This document shows, in pieces, positions 8,941 to 17,550 of a DNA stretch of 64,000 nucleotides. The stretch comes from Faecousia sp. Its GTDB lineage: Bacteria; Bacillota; Clostridia; Oscillospirales; Oscillospiraceae. Below the pieces are notes generated by a model. That model was not told the DNA's origin. It saw only the letters and a program-made list of their open reading frames with translations, and searched no databases. Within the stretch, counting starts at the first letter, position 1; every line of letters starts with the position of its first letter. Position numbers and translations under genes: made by a program. The DNA is taken from NCBI GenBank assembly GCA_045590815.1, contig JAZNRS010000026.1, positions 1,151-65,150 on the forward strand, read 5' to 3'.

Positions 8941-9768
8941 TTATTTCTGCAATTCTCGCAACAATTGGATCTCCGCCTGGTAGCCGGGCAGCTCATTGGG
9001 CGTTTCCAGGATCATGGGCTTGTCCTGCAGCAGCGGATGATTGACGATTTTCTCAAAGGTCTGTATCCCCAGGGAGCCTTGACCGATGCATTCATGCCGG
9101 TCTTTATGGCTCTGGAAGGGATTTTTTGAATCGTTGATGTGAAGCGCCTTCAGCCGGTTCAGACCGATCGCCCGGTCAAATTCCGCCAGCACCCCATCCA
9201 AATCATTGACAATATCATAACCTCCATCGTACACATGGCAGGTATCCAGGCACACGCCCAAATTCACCGAACCCACACCGTCGATGATGGCCTTCAGCTC
9301 CTCAAAGCGGCCGCCCACTTCGCTGCCCTTGCCTGCCATGGTTTCCAGCAGCACCGTCACCGGATAGCCGGGTGCCATAGCCTGCTTCAGCGCATCCACG
9401 ATCTGGGCAATTCCCGTGTCCGTCCCCTGCCCCACATGGCTGCCGGGGTGGAAATTGTAATACTGTCCGGGCAGTGCCGCCATCCGCCGCAGATCATCCG
9501 CCAGCACCGATGCGGCGAAGGAACGTGCTTCCGCTTCGGCAGTGCACAGATTCATGGTGTAAGCACCATGGGCGACCAGTGGACCAAAAGCATTGGCTTT
9601 CAACAGCTCCATGGCTTTTGCACAATCCGCAGGATCCTCGGGCTTTGCCTTGGAGCCTCTGGGATTTCGGGTAAAGAACGCAAAGGTATCCGCACCGATG
9701 GACTGCGCCGTGCGCACCATCGCTGCGTTGCCGCCGCTGGCGGACAAATGGCATCCCAAATACACCAT
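8941..9768 (-). CDS. nfo: Endonuclease IV (AP endonuclease)
   Basis: FHPGSH, LLETMAGKGSE, CLDTCH, HINDSK, DRHE, ILETP. Confidence 0.95.
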   Translation of the reverse strand: MVYLGCHLSASGGNAAMVRTAQSIGADTFAFFTRNPRGSKAKPEDPADCAKAMELLKANAFGPLVAHGAYTMNLCTAEAEARSFAASVLADDLRRMAALPGQYYNFHPGSHVGQGTDTGIAQIVDALKQAMAPGYPVTVLLETMAGKGSEVGGRFEELKAIIDGVGSVNLGVCLDTCHVYDGGYDIVNDLDGVLAEFDRAIGLNRLKALHINDSKNPFQSHKDRHECIGQGSLGIQTFEKIVNHPLLQDKPMILETPNELPGYQAEIQLLRELQK

Positions 9769-9886
9769 ATTATCAACTCCTTTTCGCATATCATACCACA
9801 TCCCCACAAAAAATGCAAATTACCATTTCATTAACGAAAAATCTATGTTATAGTATAACCATCCTAGAAAATCGGGCGGTGGTTAT

Positions 9887-10867
9887 ATGTCCAGATCCGA
9901 GAACCAAAAACTGAAAATTTTCTACATCCGGGACTATCTCGAAAAAAACTCCCACGAGAATCATCTCGTGAGAGCGGTGGAGCTGATGGAAATGCTGGAA
10001 AGCCGCTACGGCATCTCCTGCGACCGAAAGACCATCTACTCAGATATTGCTGCCCTGCAGGAATACGGGATGGATATCGTGGCGGTACCGGGTAAAAACG
10101 GCGGCTATTATATCGCCTCCCGGAATTTCGAGCTTTCGGAGCTGAAGCTGCTCATCGATGCGGTGCAGTCCAGCCGGTATCTGACAGAGAAAAAATCCCG
10201 GGAGCTGATCGAAAAGCTCTGCGCCCAATGCAGTGTCCACGATGCCCGGTTAGTGCGCCGGGGCGTGCGGGTGTCCGGACGGGTCAAAAGCATGAACGAA
10301 ACCATCTACTACAACGTGGACACCATCCAGGAGGCAATTGCCGAGGGCGTGCAGATCCTCTTCCGCTACTTCGATTACAACATCGACGGCACCCGGCGTT
10401 ACCGGGAGAAAAGCTACCTGGCAAGTCCCTACGGGCTGTGCCAGGACAACGATAATTGCTACCTTTTGGCATGGTCCGAGCGCCACGGCATCACCTCCTA
10501 CCGGGTGGACCGGATGCATCAGATCGAGCTGACCAGGGAACACCGTATCCCCTGCCCAGAGCTCACCGGCAAGGCCTTCAACGATCACGCCAACCGGTTG
10601 TTCCAAATGTTCGCCGGCGACAAAACCAACGTGAAAATGCTGTTCCACAAGGATCTTGTGAACGTGGTCATCGACCGGTTTGGTCGGGATACCATGCTGA
10701 TCCCGGAACCGGACGGCGAGCATTTCAATTTCACTGTCCCGGTGGCGGTGTCGCCCATGTTTTTGAGCTGGGTCATCGGCTTCGGCGACAAGGCAAAGAT
10801 CCTCTACCCCCAGAGCGCCATCGATGCCTGCAAGCAGCTATGCGCCGAAGCGGCTGAGCAATATTAA
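9887..10867 (+). CDS. HTH-WYL-WCX transcriptional regulator
   Basis: N-terminal wHTH (CDRKTIYSDIAALQ), SPY...CYLLA...YRVDRM, WVIGFGDKAKILYP. Confidence 0.9.
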   Translation: MSRSENQKLKIFYIRDYLEKNSHENHLVRAVELMEMLESRYGISCDRKTIYSDIAALQEYGMDIVAVPGKNGGYYIASRNFELSELKLLIDAVQSSRYLTEKKSRELIEKLCAQCSVHDARLVRRGVRVSGRVKSMNETIYYNVDTIQEAIAEGVQILFRYFDYNIDGTRRYREKSYLASPYGLCQDNDNCYLLAWSERHGITSYRVDRMHQIELTREHRIPCPELTGKAFNDHANRLFQMFAGDKTNVKMLFHKDLVNVVIDRFGRDTMLIPEPDGEHFNFTVPVAVSPMFLSWVIGFGDKAKILYPQSAIDACKQLCAEAAEQY

Positions 10868-11352
10868 CTCAGCGTCATCGAACCAAATATACGGCTCCAC
10901 ACTTCATCCACATCCGCGGCGGAATCCGCAGCCGCCATGGCGGTTATGCAATAGTGATAATTCCCGTCATCCAGCAGCGCACCCCGGCATACCTGCAAGC
11001 CGTCCTCTCCCATAGCCGTCCAAACCCAATCCAACCGGCGGATGCCATCGGGCTGCGTTTCCAGGGGCTGCAGCGCTCCCTGGGTAAATCCCGTGAGGGT
11101 TTTCAAGGTCTTCTCCGTATCCCCGGAGGCAAGGGTCTGCACCGTCAGCACATAGCCATCGCAGATATACATCTTCCCGGCATCGTTGTCCATCACCTCC
11201 AGGATCGCCTCCTGGGGCAGCCACATGGAAAACTGGGCATGGGGCGCAAGCACCGGCTCCGCCAATTCATCGGTGACGGTTTCCACCGACCCACGCCGGG
11301 AACAGCCGCTGCAAAACACCAACAGTATTAGAAGTACACACCATTTTCTCAT
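10864..11352 (-). CDS. Hypothetical lipoprotein
   Basis: RBS AGGAGG; MRKW, hydrophobic stretch and lipobox-like CSGC. Confidence 0.7.
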   Translation of the reverse strand: MRKWCVLLILLVFCSGCSRRGSVETVTDELAEPVLAPHAQFSMWLPQEAILEVMDNDAGKMYICDGYVLTVQTLASGDTEKTLKTLTGFTQGALQPLETQPDGIRRLDWVWTAMGEDGLQVCRGALLDDGNYHYCITAMAAADSAADVDEVWSRIFGSMTLS

Positions 11353-11380
11353 CAAAATCCCTCCTGAAAGGACGTTATTT

Positions 11381-11647
11381 ATGGAATATTTCGTGCTCTA
11401 CCTGATAATAGTCAATGCGATCGCCTTCATTCTTATGCTTGCGGATAAGCGCAAGGCCAAAAAAAAACAATGGCGCATCCCGGAAAAGGTGCTCTTCGGC
11501 TCTGCCATCATCGGCGGCAGCATCGGTGCGATCCTGGGCATGTATACCTTCCGCCATAAGACGAAGCATACCAGCTTCATCGTGGGTATGCCCGTGATCC
11601 TCATCCTGCAGGTCATCGCCCTGGTGGTTTATTTCCTAACAAAATAA
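11381..11647 (+). CDS. DUF1294 family membrane protein
   Basis: DKRKAKKKQWRIPE...GGSIGA...FRHKTKH. Confidence 0.9.
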   Translation: MEYFVLYLIIVNAIAFILMLADKRKAKKKQWRIPEKVLFGSAIIGGSIGAILGMYTFRHKTKHTSFIVGMPVILILQVIALVVYFLTK

Positions 11648-11653
11648 TCGCTT

Positions 11654-11713
11654 GTAGGGACCGGCGTCCCCGACGGTCTTTCTAGATGTAGGGACCGGCG
11701 TCCTCGACGGTCC
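11654..11713 (+). repeat. Two tandem GTAG-type REP hairpins (family C)
   Basis: GTAGGGACCGGCGTCC(C/T)CGACGGTC at 11654 and 11688. Confidence 0.85.
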
Positions 11714-11726
11714 TTTTATACAAACA

Positions 11727-11766
11727 GCACGTCCCCAGCAGAAATATTGCTGGGGACGTGCCTTTT
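11727..11766. terminator. Intrinsic terminator
   Basis: GCACGTCCCCAGCA...TGCTGGGGACGTGC followed by a T run. Confidence 0.75.
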
Positions 11767-12125
11767 TATCCGCAATATGCAATTGCGTCTGCTTGAAATT
11801 GCAGACCATTTTCTCCACCACTGTGAGCAAATTCCGTCTGGATCGATTTGCGTACAGGATATTTCCCGTTGAACCGTTCTTTAATAACCTTTTCCATAAC
11901 GGGAATGTTCCAAACATCGCGAAACAGACAATCCATTTGGACAACATTCTCAAGTGTTAATCCTACCAAAGCCAGCCGGCGTTCCATTTCATCGAATGCG
12001 CCGTTGATTTGTTCTTCTACCGTTCCGCCAACGTTGCCAACACAGTAATTTAGAAAGCAGAAATCGCCTGCTTTAATGACGCCCGTATGTGCCCAATCTT
12101 CGTGAATATCGAATCTTTCAACCAC
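11766..12125 (-). CDS. RidA/YjgF family protein
   Basis: VEEQ...LENVVQMDC...YPVRKSIQ...QADAIAY. Confidence 0.85.
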   Translation of the reverse strand: MVERFDIHEDWAHTGVIKAGDFCFLNYCVGNVGGTVEEQINGAFDEMERRLALVGLTLENVVQMDCLFRDVWNIPVMEKVIKERFNGKYPVRKSIQTEFAHSGGENGLQFQADAIAYCG

Positions 12126-12453
12126 CGTTATCCCTCCTCGTACAGTTCATCTTTGTGCCATCCAAAAGGATTTCCTCTAATCCCCGTAGCAAAATGTGAA
12201 TATGATTTGGCATTATGACATAGCTCTCAACTAAAATATCATCATAAAATCCGCTTAGCTGATTGATATATTTGTCTGCGATTTTACCATAGGGCAACAG
12301 TTCGATGGTCGGACCGTAAGGGATACCGTCGCCTATGATGCGGGATAAAAGGCACCGTCTGTTTTCCACACAGATAGTTAGAAAATAGGCACCGGGGGTA
12401 CTGTAATCATATTCACTTAATCTGGTATTACAGCGATTATGCCAATTGTTCAT
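12118..12453 (-). mobile_element. Truncated REP-associated tyrosine transposase (RAYT, Y1 HUH)
   Basis: RLSEYDYSTPGAYFLTIC and VIMPNHIH (HUH); C-terminal half with the catalytic Tyr is missing. Confidence 0.85.
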
Positions 12454-12473
12454 AACACTCGCCTTCGATAGAA

Positions 12474-12499
12474 GGACCGTCGAGGACGCCGGTCCCTAC
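12474..12499 (-). repeat. GTAG-type REP (family C)
   Basis: Exact reverse complement of the 11688 copy; its TAG is the stop codon of the upstream gene. Confidence 0.85.
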
Positions 12500-14064
12500 A
12501 ACGATGCGATCACCATTTCCGCAGACTGCATACCGTCGATGGCGGCGGACATGATGCCGCCGGCGTAGCCGGCACCCTCACCGGCAGGATACAAGCCCTG
12601 CAAGGCGCTCTGGCGCTGTTCATTGCGCAAAATGCGCACCGGCGAGGAGCTTCTGGTTTCCGGAGCGGTGAGCACCGCATCCGGTCTTGCGAAGCCCTTC
12701 AGATTTCGATCCAGCTCGGGGATCGCCTGCTTTAATGCCCCCGTAATCTTATCCGGCAAAACATCGTGCAGATCGCACCAGGTCACACCGGGGCGATAAG
12801 TGGGCTTGACTTCACCATGGCCAACACTCGCCTTTCCTGCCAGGAAATCGCCCACAAGCTGCGCCGGGGCGTGATAACCGCCTACCCGATAGGCAGCCTC
12901 TTCCACCTGCTCCTGCCACAGCATCCCCCCCAAAGGCCCATCAAAAGGGAATTCCTCCGGGTTCACGGTGACCAGCAGGGCAGCATTGGCGTTCTCCCCA
13001 TCCCGGTCTGCATAGCTCATGCCATTGGTGACCGTGCGCCCCTCCTCCGAGGCTGCCGCCACCACATATCCGCCGGGGCACATACAGAAGGTGTACACCG
13101 TTTCCTTCTCCAAATGCCGCACCAGCTTATAATCCGCCGGGGGCAGCACCGGGTTATCCATGCCGTACTGAGAAACATTCACCATGGACTGGGGATGCTC
13201 GATGCGCACGCCCATAGAAAAGGGCTTCGGCTCCATAGGGATATTTTCCTTCAGCAGCATTCTGAACGTATCCCGTGCGGAATGCCCGATGGCAAAAATA
13301 GCATGGCTGCAAGGGATCTGCTCCCCATTTTCCAAAACCACGCCGGTCAATACATCCCCCTGACGAAGAATGCCGGTAACCTGAGAATTGAATCGAACTT
13401 CGCCGCCCAAATCGATGATCCGCTTGCGCAAATTCTGCACCACGGTGAGCAAAATATCTGTCCCAACGTGGGGTTTTGCGTCGAAAAGGATATCTTCCCG
13501 GGCGCCGGCGGCAACAAATTGCTCCAAAATCCAGCCGATTCGTGGGTTATTGACACCGGTATTCAACTTCCCATCGGAAAAAGTGCCTGCGCCACCCTCA
13601 CCAAACTGCACATTACTGCGCAATTTCAGCTCTCCTGTGGCAAAAAAGTGTGCAACAGTTGCATGCCGGGACTGGGCATCCTCGCCCCGTTCCAGCACCA
13701 GGGGCTTCAGTCCTGCTATGGCCAGCACCAGCGCCGCAAACATACCGGCAGGTCCAAAACCCACCACCACGGGGCGGTGCCGCGGCTGCGCAGCCGTCTT
13801 GGGCACCCGGTAGAAATCCTTGGGGGCGATGGCGGCTTTTTTACAGCCGCTTTGCCGCAGGATCTTATTTTCGCTCCCCTCCACTGCCACATCCACGGTG
13901 TAGATCAGCTTCACATCCGGCTTCTTCCGGGCATCGATAGAACGGCGCACCAGCCGCAGACTGCGGATTTTGGAAGCGGATATCTTCAGCAGCCGTGCCG
14001 CCTCGAAGGTGAGCTGATGGGCGTTATGCTCCGGCGGCAGGCTGATGTCCCGAATTCTGATCAT
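12496..14064 (-). CDS. FAD/NAD(P)-dependent oxidoreductase (uncharacterised flavoprotein)
   Basis: GFGPAG, GEGGAGTFSDGKL, FCMCPGG, GEGAGYAGGIMSAA. Confidence 0.9.
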   Translation of the reverse strand: MIRIRDISLPPEHNAHQLTFEAARLLKISASKIRSLRLVRRSIDARKKPDVKLIYTVDVAVEGSENKILRQSGCKKAAIAPKDFYRVPKTAAQPRHRPVVVGFGPAGMFAALVLAIAGLKPLVLERGEDAQSRHATVAHFFATGELKLRSNVQFGEGGAGTFSDGKLNTGVNNPRIGWILEQFVAAGAREDILFDAKPHVGTDILLTVVQNLRKRIIDLGGEVRFNSQVTGILRQGDVLTGVVLENGEQIPCSHAIFAIGHSARDTFRMLLKENIPMEPKPFSMGVRIEHPQSMVNVSQYGMDNPVLPPADYKLVRHLEKETVYTFCMCPGGYVVAAASEEGRTVTNGMSYADRDGENANAALLVTVNPEEFPFDGPLGGMLWQEQVEEAAYRVGGYHAPAQLVGDFLAGKASVGHGEVKPTYRPGVTWCDLHDVLPDKITGALKQAIPELDRNLKGFARPDAVLTAPETRSSSPVRILRNEQRQSALQGLYPAGEGAGYAGGIMSAAIDGMQSAEMVIASL

Positions 14065-15263
14065 GTTTCTTCCTTTCCGGTGCTGTGTCCGGCGCAACGC
14101 CCGGAGCTCCACGCCCACTGCAGATTGTAGCCGCCGCAGTCGCCGTCAATATCCAGCACCTCGCCGCAGGCATACAGCCCCGGCACCAACTTGCTCTCCA
14201 TGGTGTCCGGGTCAAAATCCTCGGTGAGCACACCGCCGGCGGTGACCTGGGCGCTGTCCATGCCCAAAGGCTCCGTCAAAACAATGTCAAATCCCTTGAC
14301 GGCGGCGCACACCTGCTCCAATTCTTCCTTTCGCAAGGCAGATACCGGCTGATTGCCGCCGATACCGGCAGCCTTGGTCAGCACCCGTCCCAGGCGGTTA
14401 TGAAGGATACCGGTGAGCAGATCATCGGTAAGAATGGGCATTTCTTTGCGGCGCAGAAGCTCTTTCAGCAGTTCTTCCTTGCCGATTTCCGGCAAAAGAT
14501 CCAGCTTACACAGCCACTCTCCCCTGCCTTGGCAGGCATCCCGGGAGATTTCAAAGATCACCGGTCCGGAAAGACCGTACTCGGTAAATTGCAATTCGCC
14601 GGTGCTTTGGGCGATCATCATTCCATCGTGCAGGATCTGTGCGTGGCAATTGGCACGGACACCCTTCAGCGATACAACACCGCTCCAGCCGCATTTCAGC
14701 TGCACAAGGGCAGGACGGAGCTTACTCACCCGGTGACCCATGCTTCGCAGAAGCTGATAACCGGACATGGAGCCTCCCAGCTTCGTACCGGCAAGACCGC
14801 CGCAGGCGATGATCAGCTTGTTACAGAAATAATCATCCGCATAAAAACCATCCTCTGCCTTGCGGATGCGTTTGATCTCCACCCCGGATTCGATGCGGAT
14901 ATTGGGCTTATTCAGGGCAAAACGCAGCACATCCAGCACGGAATTTGCCTGGTCGGAGTAAGGGTACACCCGACCGGAGGGTTCGGACACGGTAAACAGT
15001 CCCATATCCCGGAACCAGCGGAGGGTGTCATTTACATCATACCGCTTCAGCGCTTTTGCCGCAAATTCCGGGGCATCCCCGTGGAAGCCGCCGTCCATCG
15101 CATGAAGATTCGTCAAATTACAGCGTCCGTTGCCGGTAGCCTGGAGCTTACGCCCCAGCCGTGCCTGCCGTTCAAACAATATCACCTGGGCATTGGGATC
15201 TTCCGATGCCGCCAGCGCCGCCGCCATACCGGAAGCACCGCCGCCAATAATGCCAATAATCAT
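14061..15263 (-). CDS. HI0933/BaiN family flavoprotein
   Basis: GGGASG, TGNGRCNLTN, AQVTAGGV, GEVLDIDGDCGGYNLQWAWSSG. Confidence 0.92.
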   Translation of the reverse strand: MIIGIIGGGASGMAAALAASEDPNAQVILFERQARLGRKLQATGNGRCNLTNLHAMDGGFHGDAPEFAAKALKRYDVNDTLRWFRDMGLFTVSEPSGRVYPYSDQANSVLDVLRFALNKPNIRIESGVEIKRIRKAEDGFYADDYFCNKLIIACGGLAGTKLGGSMSGYQLLRSMGHRVSKLRPALVQLKCGWSGVVSLKGVRANCHAQILHDGMMIAQSTGELQFTEYGLSGPVIFEISRDACQGRGEWLCKLDLLPEIGKEELLKELLRRKEMPILTDDLLTGILHNRLGRVLTKAAGIGGNQPVSALRKEELEQVCAAVKGFDIVLTEPLGMDSAQVTAGGVLTEDFDPDTMESKLVPGLYACGEVLDIDGDCGGYNLQWAWSSGRCAGHSTGKEET

Positions 15264-15370
15264 CGCTTCACCTGCTTTCTTGCCTCCATTATAGCCCAAA
15301 CCGCACCCCATGACAAGAAAAACTTCCTTGCATTCGGCGAAAGCTGTGGTATAATACCCTTGGTGATTAC

Positions 15371-16153
15371 ATGAATCGAGATAATATCGACAAAATTGCC
15401 CAATCTCCCGAAGATCGGATGCTGCTTTCCAAGCTGTGGGACAAGATCTCCGCTGGGATACGGAAGAACATTCCTGCCAACACCGGTTTTCTCTCCCCCC
15501 GGGAACAGGAGCTGGCCCGGTATCTCTTTGGGCAGCCGGAGGGATTGCAGCTGTTCGGCGGCTATAAAGATGCGGAGCGGCAGATGCTTTGCTATCTTCC
15601 GGAGTACCTGGAACCGGAGTCGCTCTGGTACGATGCGCCGCTTGTATGCCTGCGAGCCACTTTTTACGAGGGTGACAGCCCCAACCACCGGGATTTTCTC
15701 GGCGCGCTGATGGGCGCCGGCATCAATCGGGAGTCTGTGGGTGACATTTGCGTGGGCAAGGGCTTTTGTGATTTCTTCGTGACAAAGGAGATCGCCCCCT
15801 ATCTTTTACAGAATTTCAGCGCAGCGGGGCGTGTCCGGCTGCGCCTGCAGGAAATTTCCTTGGAGGAAGTCATCATCCCCCAACCGGAAATCAAGGAAGT
15901 TCGGGATACGGTGGCATCGCTGCGGCTGGACAGCATCATCGCTTCCGGTTTTCGCATGGGACGAAGCGCCGCTGCCCAGTATATCACCGCCGGCAAGGCC
16001 GCCATCGACGGTCTGCCTTGCGAAAAATGTGATAAGCAGGTTTCGGAGGGTGTGAAGATCGCCGTCCGGGGGCTGGGAAAAATCAAATTGGAATCCGTCA
16101 ACGGCCAGACGAAAAAGGGTCGAATTTCGGTGGTGATCCACCGTTATGTGTGA
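15371..16153 (+). CDS. ylmH: YlmH family S4-domain RNA-binding protein
   Basis: HRDFLGALM, VASLRLD, RGLGK...TKKGR. Confidence 0.85.
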   Translation: MNRDNIDKIAQSPEDRMLLSKLWDKISAGIRKNIPANTGFLSPREQELARYLFGQPEGLQLFGGYKDAERQMLCYLPEYLEPESLWYDAPLVCLRATFYEGDSPNHRDFLGALMGAGINRESVGDICVGKGFCDFFVTKEIAPYLLQNFSAAGRVRLRLQEISLEEVIIPQPEIKEVRDTVASLRLDSIIASGFRMGRSAAAQYITAGKAAIDGLPCEKCDKQVSEGVKIAVRGLGKIKLESVNGQTKKGRISVVIHRYV

Positions 16154-16161
16154 GGAATATT

Positions 16162-16365
16162 ATGAGCATGGATGAAGTCATCGCCCGCATCAACGAGCTG
16201 GCAAAGAAAGCAAAGACCGAGGGGCTGACCGAGGAGGAAACCGTCGAGCGGGATAAGCTGCGCCGGATCTATATCGATTCAGTGAAGGCAAGTCTGGTCG
16301 GACACCTGGAAAATACCTATATTGTGGGTCCCGACGGTCAGAAGCGGAAGCTGGAGCACAAGTAA
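16162..16365 (+). CDS. DUF896 (YnzC-like) protein
   Basis: IARINELAKKAKTEGLTEEE...LRRIYI. Confidence 0.88.
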   Translation: MSMDEVIARINELAKKAKTEGLTEEETVERDKLRRIYIDSVKASLVGHLENTYIVGPDGQKRKLEHK

Positions 16366-16424
16366 GTTGCACCAAATTGCGCAACTTTTCCCCCTCAGCC
16401 ATCATGGTTGAGGGGGTGATTATT

Positions 16425-16826
16425 TTGAAGGAACTGATTTGTACGGCAGCAGGTCTGCTGGGCGGCGGTTTGGCGTGGCTCTTCGGCGGATGGGATGCGG
16501 CCTTTGCCGCACTGCTCATCTGCATCGCCATCGACTATATTTCCGGCAGCATCCTGGCACTGGTTTTCCACAAAAGCAGCAAAACTGCCACCGGCGCTTA
16601 CAACTCCGCCTACGGATTAAAGGGTCTGTGCAAAAAGTGCATGATGATCCTGTTCGTAGCGGTGGGTGTCCAGGCGGATCGGCTGTTGGGGGCGGACTAT
16701 GTCCGGGATGCCATTTGCATTGGCTTCAGCATCAACGAGATCCTGTCCATCACGGAAAACTTAGGTCACGCCGGGGTTCCCATGCCGAAAAAAGTGCAGG
16801 AGGCTCTGGAGCAGCTGCATAAGTAA
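16425..16826 (+). CDS. Phage holin family protein (toxin secretion/phage lysis type), orphan
   Basis: LFGGWD, IDYISG, GLKGLCKK, NEILSITENLG...GVPMP; TTG start after GGGGGTGA. Confidence 0.85.
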   Translation: MKELICTAAGLLGGGLAWLFGGWDAAFAALLICIAIDYISGSILALVFHKSSKTATGAYNSAYGLKGLCKKCMMILFVAVGVQADRLLGADYVRDAICIGFSINEILSITENLGHAGVPMPKKVQEALEQLHK

Positions 16827-16832
16827 GCTTTT

Positions 16833-16872
16833 GAGATTGCCACGCCAGTGTGATCACTGGCTCGCAATGACA
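16833..16872 (+). repeat. Family A palindromic repeat, single unit
   Basis: GAGATTGCCACGCCAG...CTGGCTCGCAATGACA. Confidence 0.9.
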
Positions 16873-16989
16873 ACCAAAATTTTCGGTGCAGTCCGTGGGC
16901 TGCACCGGTTTTTTATCCCCCCAGGGGGGTTCCGTTGCTGCGCAAGCGGTGGTATAATCTCACAGAAAGAACGAGAAAAGAGGTCCCCT

Positions 16990-17547
16990 ATGAAGCAATC
17001 ACACATCAAATCCCTTTGCGTTACGGCTATCTGTATCGCAATGTGCTGCGTCCTGCCTGCGGCGTTTCATGCCATGGGCATCGGCACAGCGTTCTCCCCC
17101 ATGCACATCCCGGTGCTGATCTGCGGCATGGTCTGCGGCGGCGGCTACGGTCTGGTCTGCGGACTGATCGGCCCCCTGCTTTCCAGTCTGATCACCGGCA
17201 TGCCCCCTGCAACCGGACTGGTTTCCATGGTCCCCGAGCTGATGGTTTACGGTCTGAGCAGCGGTCTGCTCATGACCTTCGTCCGCACCAAAAATCTCTT
17301 TGCGGATATGTACATCGCCCTGGTCAGCGCCATGCTCCTGGGTCGCATCGTCGGCGGTATCGCCAAGGCGCTGTTCTTCCTGGGGAAAGATCAAAGCTTC
17401 GGTATCCAGGCTTGGGCCAGCAGCTACTTTATCACGGCGCTGCCGGGTATTATCTGCCATTTGATCCTGGTGCCGCTGCTGATCATGGTCCTGATGAAAG
17501 CCAAGGTCATCCCCCAGCGATATACTTGCACAAGCGCAAAGGAGTAA
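16990..17547 (+). CDS. ECF transporter S component
   Basis: PMHIPVL, GMPP, MVPELMVYG, LPGII; about six TM segments. Confidence 0.85.
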   Translation: MKQSHIKSLCVTAICIAMCCVLPAAFHAMGIGTAFSPMHIPVLICGMVCGGGYGLVCGLIGPLLSSLITGMPPATGLVSMVPELMVYGLSSGLLMTFVRTKNLFADMYIALVSAMLLGRIVGGIAKALFFLGKDQSFGIQAWASSYFITALPGIICHLILVPLLIMVLMKAKVIPQRYTCTSAKE

Positions 17548-17550
17548 GCT

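Noticed and set aside
16425-16826. Prophage
   Set aside because: Only a holin; no structural, replication, endolysin or integrase genes.
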